Part shown: one piece after another, positions 37,144 to 51,132 of the stretch
How the letters are laid out: the number at the start of each line of letters is the position of its first letter
Numbering within the stretch: the first letter of the stretch is position 1
NCBI GenBank assembly: GCA_043228905.1
Contig: JBHGNT010000010.1
Location: 4,154,001 to 4,218,000 of the forward strand
Source: Azolla caroliniana
Taxonomy: Eukaryota; Plantae; Polypodiophyta
Length of the DNA: 64,000 nt
Direction of reading: 5' to 3'
The notes under the pieces: generated by a model
The model's input: the letters and a program-made list of their open reading frames with translations, nothing else
The model's database searches: none
What the model was told of the DNA's origin: nothing
Position numbers and translations under genes: made by a program

Positions 37144-39292
37144 ATATATTCGTATGAACCCACATGTTTATATAGTATATGTATACACATATAAACAAAT
37201 ACATGATCTCCACATATTATACACACTTATTCATACAATTACATACACATATTAGCACTTAATCACATATACATAGACAATTGTGCATATACATTCATGT
37301 GTATAAACACATAGACGTAACATTCGAATATGCACTTGGAAACCCATTTACAATCACATAGATACATTAATGTGTATACCTATGCACACTTACACTAAAA
37401 AAATAACCATGCATACACGCTAAAGACGAGTGCACATACTCCAATCTTACCTATGCACAGTTACACTAAAAAAATAGCCATGCATACACGCTAAAGATGA
37501 GTGCGCATACTCCAATCTTGTGCTACTTCATTATTATCACACATGCACTCATTTATAACAACACAAATATCGTACACACATTTATACATTTTGGCGCACA
37601 AGTTCATTTAGACAAATCCACCACAACTCGAAGAAGGCAAAGAAGGAACCATCAAACTATTATTACCCATGATCCTTGCTCAATAAAGCCATCTTCTTTG
37701 GTTCAAGTCCCAAATGGTCCCATTCAAGTAGCACACGCACGTGCACGTACATGTGACAACAATAATGACAATCTCTTATAGACATTAGGAGGCCATTAGA
37801 AAGAACTATGGAACCAATAGATTCTATTAGTACAAGAGTGCTAAAAGTTTGAAAGTTTGCTCCAATGTGGGAATAGGGAGGAATTGTGGGTATGGGGATC
37901 TGTATTAAATTGTAGGCTTCATGAATATCCCGGTGTTGTGCTTTTCAATATCCTTGATATTTTGGTTAGTGCACATTGAGTAAACATTATTATACCTAGG
38001 TCTCTCCGTGTTCTAATTTCAAAAAAGGATCTCGGAAGATTAAATGATGAAAACCCTCTAGATCACGTGTGTTGAAGGAAAATAAACCAAACCTCTTTAT
38101 GTATCATGTATTTTTCATAAAAGAAGTGTGCCCTTTCCTCAAATTAACTTTCTCTATACCCTTTTATAAAATGGTACCATTGTGTATGTATAGAAATTCT
38201 GCAAAAATAAGGCATAAATTCCCATGTGTTCAAAGTGTCATGGATTAGTATGATGACATAAACCTTTAATATTTGGAACACAAACGCATATTGTGGAGAA
38301 CACAATTTAAATAGATGAAACACGAGGCTTATTGTGGAAAGAGAAGTTGAGTCTAATTACATCTCCTAGTTGACGAGTGTAACTTTTTCATAGAATCTAT
38401 CCTTGGCCTAAAAGGCATATTACATTAATAACTTGATCATTGATAATTCAATAGAGTTTGGGGTGGGGGAGGGGAGGGAGCGACAATAGTATAGTTATAT
38501 ATGTGACATAATGTGATAACGATATATGAATTCAATTAGATTGATTTAGAGTGGGAGCCATGAGACACATCTTGACAAAAAGTAGCAAGCTTATAATGCT
38601 TCGGTTGAGACTTCTAATGATAAGGAACAATCTAATGTACATCCATGGTAATGTGCAATAACTAAAGAACATAAGGTGGATATACTTGTCCATATTTACA
38701 AGGACTTGTACATATGAGTCCAAAGTTCTAATGAAAAAGGAATTACCTAAGGTACATACACAACAATGTGAAGTGGCCAAAGAAAGTAAGGTGAATATAG
38801 GAGATACTTACAAAGGACCAGAATGCGACTCGCATCGAAACTTCAAGCAACCTAACAAGATGTGAGTAAAGAAAACAAGGTGGATATACGCGAATATACT
38901 TACAACTAGCTCGAGAACAAAACAGCACCCTTTGCATCATCATGTGAATATGATTTTACTAACTTGAAGACTAAAAAGCAAAATAAAATTTAAATGGTTT
39001 GAGGGGGTCCTGGTGTAAAACCATGTTCAAAAGAAGTCATGGTAGTGACATGCAACCTAATTGTAACTTGAGGAGGAAAGATATATAGGAAGAAAAGAAA
39101 AAAAAAGAGAGATAGATATAATGGTGGGTTCTTTTCAATCTGCTCTCTTGGTCATCAGAGATCATTCCTAATAATCACAAATATCCATCTCTCTTCCACC
39201 AAAGCATTAGGCCTTATAATAAGAAATATCTCACTTTGGTCATTAAAACCCTCAATTTTGATAGATAGATATAAGATAGAGACATAATAATC

Positions 39293-42200
39293 ATGATTAG
39301 TAATAGTGGTAGTGGTATGGATATAGAACAACAACAACAACATGTTATTATTGATCAATCCATGGACATTAGAATTAGCACCATCCATGGTATTATTGAT
39401 CATCCCCCTCATGATCAAGAGCTCAATGTAATCCATCATGATGTCCCTAACACCACCATTATAACTAGCCCTTCCACCAATACTACACAATCTGGTCACA
39501 TTCAATCTCCCAAGCTCATCATTGGCCTAGCTAATTACATAAGTGATGCAAATGAGCATGCAATCAATCTTGGTCATTGTCTCAAAGTGGATCATAACGG
39601 TCATCACATGGTCGAATCGGCCATTGGAGATGACGATGCGGGTTGTGTGAATGAATCGACTACATTGTCACCATCTCCCCGAAGAAGAAGAAGAAGAATA
39701 AAAGACGATAATTTACATGGGGATTTTAACAATGACACCATGGTAGGCATTCACCTGGCATGGAAAGATATAAAGGTTTGTGTTCCCACGAAGACGCCTG
39801 GCGAGACTTCAACGCTTCTCGATAATGTGAGCGGGTATGTTGAGCCCGGATCCCTCCTTGCCATCATGGGACCTTCTGGGTCCGGGAAAACCACCCTTCT
39901 TGACACCCTTGCAGGTACTTAAATTCCAAATTTACCATTATCCTTTATAATGATAATTTCTTCAAAAACCCATCTATGTTAAGGTTATCAGTCTGCTTGA
40001 TTCTCAAAATTTAATCTTACCGAGCTTCTTAATATCATTTTATTCATTGCATCATAAACCTCCCAATGACCGATTTAATTATTTCTCATGAATTATCATC
40101 ATTTGTTTTGCCTACCTTCATCCCCCCCAATCTATGATGCGGTTTTCCTATGGGATTAATATGACTCATTGGTTTAAACCATTTCCTTAGGAGAACCCCA
40201 TCAGTTGGCACCATTTCTTCAGAACCGCTCATTAGATGACACCGTTGTTTTAGAAGAACTAATTAGATGGCACCTCTGTTTTTAGAAGAACCAATTAGTT
40301 GCCCCCTCTGTTTTTAGAACAACCCATAAAGGGCACCATCTATTTAAAAGAACTACTCATTAGTTGAGACCATTATTTTAGAAGAAGCCATTAGGTTAAA
40401 CCATCTTGTTTAGAAGAATCTATTAGTTTTACACCATCTTTAGAAGAGCCTTGGTAGTTGACACTATCTTTGTTTAGAAGAACCCATTAGTTTGACACCA
40501 TCTTTTTCTAGAAAGACCCCATTAATTGACACCTTTCGTTTTCTAGAAGAACCCATTATTCAAGACACCTTAATGAAGCAAAATATTGTGTTTTTTTTCT
40601 TAAAGTGAAAAAGAAGTATTTATGAATGAATGAATGTGTGTGGGGTGGTTACTATTAGGGCGGCTACGTGGGTCTCGGATGTCCATGATGAGTGGACAAG
40701 TGTGGATCAATGGGAAACCTCAGAGCTCGATCCTCAATGGCGTCTCGGTGTGTATAGATATACTCTCTTCTATCCTTTTTCTACTTTGTCATTTTGTGAA
40801 CTAACTCTTCCATCACTCAAGTACATGCATCCTCCTTTTAGTTGTCGAGCATCTTTACTCGTCAAAGAGTTGCACCTTTCTCGATCTTTTTTTTTTGTTC
40901 CCTCTCCACAGGAAAGCATGTAAAAGCCATTTTGACCTTATTACTAGATTCTTGTCAAAGATCGCATCATTTGGCCGACTTTCCACTTTCCTCAATGTAA
41001 TCGCAACCCGAAAGCAAAGACTTTGTATGTGAAGGGGCGTGCATGTCGTGTAACGTTTTTTAGAAAGTCAAGCAATTATTTGTGTGCATGTTTTGTATGT
41101 GTTTGGGTATTTACTACATGAGTGTGGCTAACGTGACCTTTTGATCATAGTTTATTCATTATTGGGATGTAGATTTCCAATGAATATCATAACCCACTAT
41201 ATCGTTAGAACTTCACTTGCCCTCACATAACTCATCGCCTTGTGCCAAAGCAAATTGTAATGTTGAACATAATGTTAATTAAATGAATACTTATGTGCTA
41301 TAATTTACTAAGGGTATCCAATTTTCCACAGCACACTTTACACAGGCAAAAGTGTATGGATGAGTGAAATGTTTGTCGATTGATATTGTAGAAACGTAGA
41401 ATGTTGATATGATCCTTGGCAAACACTACCCATAGGACATGTGTATTGTTATTTACAAGGGTACGTACTGAATATTTCAATCTTAATGAGAATATCCTAC
41501 ATCTGTGTTATAAGGACATGACTACACTGTAGGGCGGAACCATGGTTCATCGATAGAAATTACATACATGTTCAAGCTATGGGGATGGTAAATTAATTGT
41601 CTCAAACCGTTGAAATTGCTTTGTTTTAGAAATTGAAAAGTGAGAGCAATGTTTGAATCAGCTTCACGACAATTGTAACTTGTCCCATTCTTGAATTTAG
41701 TTTTGAATTTTACATTTAAAAGGTGTCTCATAATTGTATAAACTCGTTTCCTCCCCTTTCTTATAACTTTTCCCATTTCTTCCTTGTCACGAAACATTAC
41801 TCTTGTTAATAGATGAGCTTTCAAACAACTTCAAATGCCTAATTTTCAATGAAACTGTGCATCACTCAATCATACTTCTAGCTAGGCCGTACCATTTTCG
41901 ACTTTATTCTCAAATAGCTGTCATATGCAAACTTTTTTGTTCCCCTCGTATGTATTGACTTGAAGATCTCTTGTGTGCTCAAGTTTGACAAGACTTCACG
42001 TCTGGCCCACATCATTTAATTATCAAGTTTCTTTTAATGTCCCCCTTAGATCCATAGTATGTACAATCATAGTCTCACGTGCGTTGAATTTATGATATAA
42101 ATTCATCTCTTAAATATTCGAAATGGTAGAGTGTTATATTTTTTTGTAAATGGTTTTATATAACCTAAGATGTCCAACTCTTACCTCTCTATACTTTCAC

Positions 42201-45200
42201 TTGTACCAGATTTTTTTACTTCTCTATTTAAAATTACAAAATTCCCTACTTTAGTGTTATTACAAAGACAATAGTTATTGCTATACTTCAAATCTAAGAA
42301 AAATCTTCAATACATGACACAATCTAAGGGAATTGCATTTTACTTGTTAGACATCAACATATGTATAAAAATTGGAACTCTTTACTAACCCATTCTATTT
42401 TTTCTATGAACATTAGGCATACGTGACACAAGAGGACACTTTGATTGGTACGTTGACAGTAAGGGAGTGCATATGGTATTCTGCAAAATTGAGGCTAGGT
42501 GCAAAAGAGGTAAAAAATCAAGGGATAGTGGACAATGCTATTTTAGAGATGGGACTAGAGGAATGTGCCGACACTCCAATTGGAAATTGGCACCTTCGTG
42601 GTATTAGTGGTGGTGAAAAGCGTCGACTTAGCATTGCAATTGAAATCCTCACACGTCCTCACCTTCTCTTCCTTGATGAGCCCACTAGTGGCCTTGACAG
42701 GTTTGTTGACATTCTTCCATCTTCTTGTTTGTTACAGTATGTATACGAATAATATAATATTTTATTGTCTTTTCAATATATTTGGTTACCCTTCATAAGA
42801 TCTAAGTAAGATTTGAAATGCGCGAAACTAATTGCAATATTGATCAAAGACCGTCTTAACATTCACCACATTTGAAATGTATTTGGTTGCTTCACATTTT
42901 GTATCACGTAAAGCTATTTTTTAGGGGCAAACTAGTATTGTGCATCATTTCCCACAGTAAAGAGTTATTGTGATGTAGGAAATATCAAACTCATGAGTCA
43001 TTCCTAGAACAATCAAATTCATTTCCTTACTATTGTAAGTATTCCATGGGATGTCTAAGTAGCCTTATGCAGAACCACAATACACTCTTCATTGTTTATT
43101 TACATAAACTTGGCAAAGTTGTTCACCTCGTGCTTTGGAACATAATGTCTTATGTATAGTCCTTAATAATGAGGGCATATATAAATGTCTTATTAGGGCA
43201 TTGAAAATCTCTCTAGTCTTCTTTTTAACACTATGATACCCAACAAAGTACTTCAGAGGCAGATGGTCTAATTTGTTTAGACAGTTTAAACTAGAATAAA
43301 TAGACTCCTTTAAGCATAATGAAATATCTTGATGCCTTTCCTTAATGACATTGTTATTGAGTATAAAGCATATTTTGAGATTAGGTAGGTCATATATAAC
43401 TTTCCCGTGCTTTCAATCTTGTCATTAACATTGAAGTTTCTTTTAACGATAATGTTATCTTTCATAAAAGGATCTGATATTTCCTATATTTGGCGAATAA
43501 TTTCTTCTTTCATATTTCTTTAAGTTGTAGTTTGGGTGTTCATTCTAAAGGATTTGATTTGTCTTTTTTGTTCTTTGCCTTGTCTAGTGCTTCTGCTTTT
43601 TGTGTGGTAAAAACTCTACAAAAGCTTGCCCAAGATGGTGGAAGAACAATTATTTCATCCATACACCAACCAAGTAGTGAAGTTTTTGAGCTCTTTGATA
43701 ACCTTTTCTTACTTTCGGGAGGCAAAACAATCTATTTTGGTGATATTGGAGGTGCATTTGAGGTAATAAATATTTGTGAGAATCATGGGAATACCCAAAG
43801 TGATTTGAATCAATAATGAACTAGTCCTCTTTAGTTAATGTGTTTCTTATAGGAAACATCAATATGCATTTGCATTGGCACATCTACACTCAAAACTTAA
43901 TACATCTTCCATAAACTTTATGAGTGGGGGTAGAGAAAGACGAATGTGTCTATTAATTCTTTGTTAGTTTATATCTTTGGGGGAATGGGGCACCTCCATC
44001 CATCTATCCAATGCATACCAAACTTTGGCTTTGCAATCTAATTTGGGTGTGCTAGTTGTCATACCCCAAAAACCCTCAAACTTGAAAGAGAAGTACTTTT
44101 GTCCTTATAGTGTGTGTTCTTCCTCAACTCACTCCACCCTAGGAAAACAAATTCCTTAGGTGTGTGTAAACGTTGCCATCATGCTTAAATATTTGTGTTT
44201 AATTTTTGTAGATATATATATATATATATATATAAACCCCTATTTATGTTTGTTACATTATTTGTGTAATATGGGAGTAAAAGAGCTCTATTTTCTTTAT
44301 CTACAACATTGATGTGAAATATTCTTCAAAATTACTTTTATAGCTCTTTGCATCCGTTGGGTTTCCATGTCCACCACTCCGCAATCCTTCAGATCATTTT
44401 CTTCGAGCCATTAATGCCGATTTTGATGTAGCACTCGGCGCCATGAAAAGCAAATTAAAACCTAAAAGTGTAAGGATTTTAATTGAAGAATATGAGGGGT
44501 GTGTGTGTGTAATTTACAATTCAAATCTAGGATGATAATTTCTCCATCTAAATGTAGGTTGGCGACCCTTTAAGTAATACCACATTGGATACTATGGCCA
44601 TCATCAACATCCTAGCAAGTACATACAAACGCTCCTCTACCGCGAGCCTTGCCACTTCGAAAGTTTATGAGATCTCTCAAATGGTGAAACACACTTCCAG
44701 TAACTTTCCATGTTTAAACTTTTTTTCTAGAATTGTTAAAATTTCTTCAATTGGATTTCATTATATATATCTAAGAAAGAAAATTGAGCCAACTTAACAA
44801 ATAAACATAGTTTGTTTTAAAGATTGTTGAGTTAAAAATGATTGTGCAAAACTTCAATATGTGTCAGATCTCTCGAATGGGAGTTTGCCCTATGCTATTG
44901 AGATAAGAACCCTTGTTGCCAACTAGGAGTTGGTAGCGACAACTTGAATTGAGCAGTTAAACAAGTTTTTAACGGTTTGACGGTTTAATTCAACTAGGTT
45001 CGGGCTTGAGCTGCCTTAGTTGGTTTTAACTTGGTTTGGCAAGCTTCAAGCCAAACTTATTGTTTTGGGCTAATCTATTCCCAAATTGGTTAAAGCGTAA
45101 TTAGTTTGTCCAAACGATTTAAGCCTTAGCCAACTAAGGGATTGGTTTGGTTCAAGTTTGAGAACCCCCAAACAGGTTAAGACTTAATTGGTTTAGTTTG

Positions 45201-48200
45201 GACAAGCCCAAACCGATTAAGCTGAAATCGAATCATTGCCGATTCCTATGCCAATCATACCAAGGATGCTTTCTTGACTATTTGTTAATGACAAACCTCA
45301 ATATTTCTTCAAAATATCCCTCCAAATATGTTAATCTTAAAGTTCCTAAAATGACAACCAACATAGTATGCGACTATGATTGAAAGATTGTTTACTTCAT
45401 TGCACTCCATAACAAATATTAGACCAAGTGCTTTTCTTTAAAATATAAACAAATATTACAAATGGTAGAATAAGTGAAGAGAGATAGCTCACCTTAAACA
45501 TAAATATAAATATTCCTATTCAAGTAACAAATATATAACCCATTCATTGAACCCAAAGATATCCTATCCTATCTCAACTATTTCTTTTGTATACATATGG
45601 ACAAAAAAGAAAACAAGTTTTACAATATAACCTTTAGAAACACAAATCGTTGCACTATGTGTGAACCATGCCTAGTCTTGTTCCTTAGTAAATGACCAAC
45701 ACATGGGAGATTATAGATGATAGTCTAAATGTGATCACCCTATGGGATAGTTACGCAAAATGACACCAACAAGGCCCCAAGGCCTTTGCCAAACAACAAT
45801 TAGAAGGGGTAGACATGGGTGGTGATGGCACCAATACGTTAGCTTTTGTACATATACCTTGACAAAATTAGGGACAAAGATTATTCACTTTTAGGAGGCA
45901 TTGCTTTTGGCATGTAGGAGTTGATTGCCTCATTGAATCTTGAGCTTTTAAAGTTGGAACAAAGCTCTTCTACTTATTCAAACTCTTATTAGTTTTGTGA
46001 TATTTTGTTCTTTCATTTACTTTCAATAGATAATTCAAAATGAAGACCGAAATGTGTTCACTAGACATGAGAAAATGATTAATATGTTTAAAAATGTTCT
46101 CATCTTTCTTTCGCTGCAACTCTTTCTTACTAGTAGACTAGAACTTCAACATATAAATTATGGTACAATGTATTCCATATACACACTAAATGTAACATTT
46201 TTTATTATTAGAATGGAGATTGTGTAGAGGTGTTTAGCAATCGAGCAAGCTTTTGGAGCCAGATGTGTACACTCACCTCTAGATCATTCAAAAACATGTC
46301 TAGAGATATGGGGTACTATTGGTTAAGACTATTCATCTACATTGTTGTTTCCTTATGCATCGGAACAATATATTATCGAGTTGGAACTACTTACAATTCT
46401 ATCATGGTACATACAAGGATGCCATCTTTTTAATGTTAATTTATGACTATATGTGTAGCTTGCATTTTCATACAATGTATACATGTTACATGCAGGGTAG
46501 AGCTTCTTGTATGTCCTATGTTTCAGGATTCTTAACATTCATGGCCATAGGTGGCTTTCCATCTTTTGTAGAAGACATGAAGGTAAATTTCTTTCATTCT
46601 TTGATTGGTACTATGTGATTCACCTCTCATTTACTCTTACATTATGTGATGATTTCATGTTTCACATACATGACCATTCATTTAGATTCTTCACATTCAA
46701 ATTAGCACTTACCAAATAAGGGTTGATGTTTTAAACAATTTCATTATGGTTTGATAGGTTTTTTATCGTGAACATCTAAATGGCCACTATGGAGTTACTA
46801 CTTTTGTATTGGCAAACTCCTTGTCTTCTTTTCCGTTCCTATTTCTTATATCATTGTCATCAGCCATGGTTTGTTACTTCATGGTGCAATTACACTCCGG
46901 CTTTGTACACTTTGTCTTCTTTGTCCTATGCTTATTTGCTGGGATGTTAGTTGTGGAGAGTTTAATGATGGCACTTGCTTCTGTAGTTCCGAATTATCTC
47001 ATGGGTATCATAGTAGGTTCTGGCATTCAGGTAAATATGTTTATAATGTGAATTGATGAAATCTATGCTATATGATGAAATGTGCTTAGGAGGATATTAA
47101 CAAATGTTGGTTGGTACACACATTATAGGGCATATATCTTCTTGTTGGTGGTTATTTCCGACTTCCAAGTGACCTACCAAAACCTTTTTGGAAGTACCCT
47201 TTGTACTACTTAAGCTTTCACTCATATTCTCTCCAGGTATGTGTACATGTAGATTAAAAGAGTAGTTTAATAATTACTTCAATAAAGAACTCACGAGTCA
47301 CAACTACAATGTTTTTTACTATATAATGTCATGCTTTACGGAGTCTTATGAACTACATGTGGATTAGGCACACACTCGTCATGATTAACCCTTCATATTC
47401 AAACTTCTCAAATCCAATGTGATCCATTTACTTACGAGTTACCTAAGTACCAACATTTGTATAGAATGCATGTAAGGGGAGGGAAGCCCGAGGGAAGAGA
47501 TAGGATATAAGAGAATAATGAGGGGTGAAGTTCTAGCTAGAGGAGATTTGTTGGACATTACATTATATATGGCTGAAATCAATCTTTTTTAAGTTTAATT
47601 GGAAAAATGCATTATATTCATGAATATTCACTTGATATTGTCAACCCTCTATCGAACAACAAAATGATGATGACTAATGTAGGGCCAAAACTAGGTTTGT
47701 TTGGACAAGTAACATTTTGAGTAGCGAGCTTCCTAAACTTCCCAAAATTGATCTGCTGTAAATCCTCATGCCACCTTTGATGTCTTATGTGGGCAATGTA
47801 GAGAGCTGAAATTAATTGGTTTTGGTTTATCTAGGGGATTAGTGTAGTGGATCCAATGGAGAAACAAAGCATCACATTGCCATAGTTTGGTGCTTTGCCC
47901 ATGTCTCCATGTGGTAGAGTCAAAATACTTGTATTGAGAAACTTCACATCTCAATCAAGATAACTGTGCATCATCTTAACAACGTTAACTATATTAGAAT
48001 CAAATCATCCAAATGAGATGTTATGCTATATTTATCAATTGAATTGGTGCTCATATATAGGTCAAGCTTTCGTCTCTTAATATAAATTGTGTTGCTCTAA
48101 TTACCTTTGAGATTGATGCGGGCACTTACCTTTGGTCCTTTCTCGGATGATCTATACTTGTTGAGATGGAAAATATTATAGACTATTTGTATATTGGTTT

Positions 48201-48703
48201 TGTCCACTTTAATTTTAATACCAATGGAGGATACTTTTTATGGAAAATTTGTGCCTCTCTAATTATTCATGTCATTCAAACAGATTTATATTTACATGGA
48301 TTATAAGTGTTAAGTAGCTATCAATTTAATAGTTTTAATGCGGTTAAAGTATGATTATATAAAACAATATAGTTTTTTTATTATAATTGTTATTTATGTA
48401 ATACTTGTTCAAAAGTGACAAAGTTTTTTATCTTAATATTAGGGCATGTACAAGAATGACTTTTTGGGACTTGTATTTGACAACAAGAAGAGTGAATCAA
48501 TATTTCTACCCAAGCTTACTGGGCTGCAAGTTCTTGTAGAGGGATTTGAAGTCATACCGAGCAGGTCTAAGTGGTGGGACCTTACCATTATGCTAGTGAT
48601 GGCATTGGGTTATAGGATAATTTTCTTCATCATGATCAAAATAAGAGATCGACAACAATCACGGTCATCACTATCATGTCCCTTACTTAACCGGTGGAGG
48701 TAA
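39293..48703 (+). CDS. ABCG11: Half-size ABC transporter G family protein (WBC; ABCG11-like, candidate cuticular lipid exporter)
   Basis: Exons 39293-39914, 40659-40747, 42417-42700, 43588-43762, 44344-44469, 44558-44683, 46212-46406, 46496-46582, 46758-47030, 47129-47236, 48443-48703; phases consistent. Walker [10 protein letters not shown], signature [12 protein letters not shown], Walker [48 protein letters not shown]. Start codon and exact orthology uncertain. Confidence 0.88.
40192..40570. repeat. ~30-bp degenerate minisatellite in ABCG intron 1
   Basis: About 12-13 units, consensus close to TTTAGAAGAACCCATTAGTTGACACCATCT, with indels. Confidence 0.85.
44924..45248. mobile_element. hAT-type MITE (GGTTT/AAACC-rich family)
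   Basis: Degenerate TIRs TAGGAGTTGGTAGCGA / revcomp TAGGAATCGGCAATGA. Imperfect TSD TGCCAAC / TGCCAATC. Confidence 0.55.
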
Positions 48704-49528
48704 CACCAACATCTACATACATCTATCACAACATCTCAAGTCTTCTTTTGTATATAGTGAAGTATACGATCATAACTCAACTCCAAATCTACATAAAAAA
48801 CTATGAGATTTAATATTGTGCTCTATACCAAATGCTATCATTCTTTTCAATCTTTCAATAAGTATCATCATACTCTTCATAAACAAAAAAGTTAAGAAAT
48901 CCAATGTATGTCATTTAGTTAGTGCTAAATTTACCCCTCTCATTCTCAATTACATTAGGCAGATGTTTATAAGATTCAAATGTTTTACGTCAAAATAAGC
49001 TTGATATAACCAGTTTTTACCTCATTTCTGTATTTCAAGATAATGTAACGAGATATGTTTTTTTTTTCTAATAATTCAAATATGAAGCATTATATTGGTG
49101 CAAATCATAGTTCTTTTCTACAACCCAAATTGTTACTATGTGCAAACACCACCGGTATTCTCAAATTTATAGCTCAATATCAATGTTTTGTGCCATTTGC
49201 ATTTCATTATTAGCTAGTCATCACTTTGTAAGATCGTTGGAATATTACAAACACACACTATGGATTGAATATGTGAATGTGTTAGATATTGCTCATATCA
49301 CGTTCTCTTGTACAATCTTGTTAATATGGTTCACATTGTTCTACATTTTGTAACAATTGACATGCATTTCCTATCTTTCGTTTTGATTTACCACAATTGC
49401 TAACTTTGTAGTCATTTTTTACCATCATCTTCCTCTTGTGGCTTATATTGTAAAAAATTAAAATGATGGATGTTTGTCTTTCCTTTCCACAAATTCCAAC
49501 TAAACCATGTCTATATATTCCTTGTTAG

Positions 49529-50170
49529 TATGTATGCGCCCAGTTCGGTTTCATGCCCTTGAAACCAAATTGAACCATTTATACATAATAGAACCAAACC
49601 AAACCGTTTTAGAACTACTAAGTCATTTAAACCAAACCGTTAAAGGAAAGGTGAAGTCAAACTATTTAAGTTAGATTAAATAAACTAGAGAACATTTATT
49701 TAAAATAGTATTAAATTAAAATAAATCATACTAGAAAACCATTTAAGTTAAATTAATCAAATATTAAACTATTAAAGAAAAGAAGGAAAGTGGGGGGCAA
49801 ATAACGCTTTCCAAATTTGGGGGGGGGGGGGGGGGGGGGGGAGGAGGGGATAGCCAAAATTGGGGGGCAAATAGCGCTTTCCTTAAAGAAATGTAAAATA
49901 ATTAAGTAAAAACCAATAAACCTTAGTTTCACAACCAAACTGAACTATTTATTCATAATTGGAACCAAACCAAACCATTTAATGATTTTCAAACCTATAA
50001 ACCATTAAATCATGGCTTAAACGGATAAACCTTAGTTCACAACCAAATTGATCTATTTATTCATAATTGGAACCAAACTAAACCGTTTAATGTTTTACAA
50101 AGCTATAAACCATCAAATCACGGCTTATAACGGTTCACTTTAGATTGAGTTGAACTAGGGCCCAAATTAA
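49529..50170. mobile_element. hAT-type MITE (AAACC-rich) with an internal poly-G run
   Basis: Imperfect TIRs (GCGCCCAGTTC / GAACTAGGGCCC). TSD CTTGTTAG / GTTGTTAG. Internal duplication. G-run at ~49818-49841. Confidence 0.55.
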
Positions 50171-50699
50171 GTTGTTAGGATACTTTGCTACAACGAAAAA
50201 TTGGAACTAATCATCAAGAAAGAGCTCTCCATTTAATTATGTAAAGCAACGAATGTGTGCCATATACAAACTAGGGAATAGTTTGTGCCTTTCCTTGTAG
50301 AGGCATGAGAAATTTTTTGAAGTACATGACACACTCTTGTTTAAGAAGTTCCTAAGAGAGTGATCAAGGATCACTCGTCAAAATGAAATTGACTATATTG
50401 TGGCATATTCTTTTCATGTTAATGTTTGGAAAAACAACGTGAGGAATGCAAAGACAGTTGCTCCAACAAAGCATACAATGGTAGGGCCTAGCGTAACTCG
50501 AGTTATGACTCATGTGCTCAAAAGTGAACAAATACTGTATGACTCAATAGTTGTAATGAGAGAATCAATTGTAGAATGCCATTCTATGGCTATTTGATTA
50601 AATTCATAACCTACATCATATTTTGGGTGGTGAACTGCCATGTATTCCACATCTTTGTCGCAATATCTTATATCACTCCATTGCTCAAACTGTCACATC

Positions 50700-51132
50700 T
50701 AGCAATGGGCGTGGTTCGGTTTCGGTTTCTTGGCCTTGAAACCAAACCAAACCATTTATGAAAAATTTAAACCAAACCATTTATGAAGCCATTTAAACCA
50801 AACCATTTATGAAAAATTTAGAACCAAACCAAATCGGTTTATCATAAATCAAAACCAAACCAAACCTATAAACCAATAAACCAATAAACCTTCAAAACTT
50901 TTAAACCTTTAAACCAAACCACATAAGCCGAAACCGCTAAACCGTGAAATTCAAAATGAAACCGAACCGAAACCGCTAAACCATGAAATTCAAAACTGAA
51001 CCAAACCGAAACCAAACCAGATCATAATATTTGAAACCAAACCAAACGATTTATTTATCTTTGAACCAATAAACCGTTAAGCCATGGCTTAACGGATCGG
51101 ATCAGTTTGAGCCGAAATTGTGCCCATTGCTA
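50700..51132. mobile_element. hAT-type MITE (AAACC-rich)
   Basis: Perfect 11-bp TIR TAGCAATGGGC / GCCCATTGCTA. 8-bp TSD GTCACATC / GTCGCATC. Subterminal AAACCG/AAACCA arrays. Confidence 0.8.

Noticed and set aside
38480-39050. Possible decayed copia protease/integrase relic upstream of ABCG
   Set aside because: Only faint hints (GAMRHI, ELPKV); too weak to call.
40192-40570. CRISPR-like array (30-bp periodic repeat)
   Set aside because: Units are contiguous and degenerate with no unique spacers, there are no cas genes, and it lies in a eukaryotic intron. It is a minisatellite.
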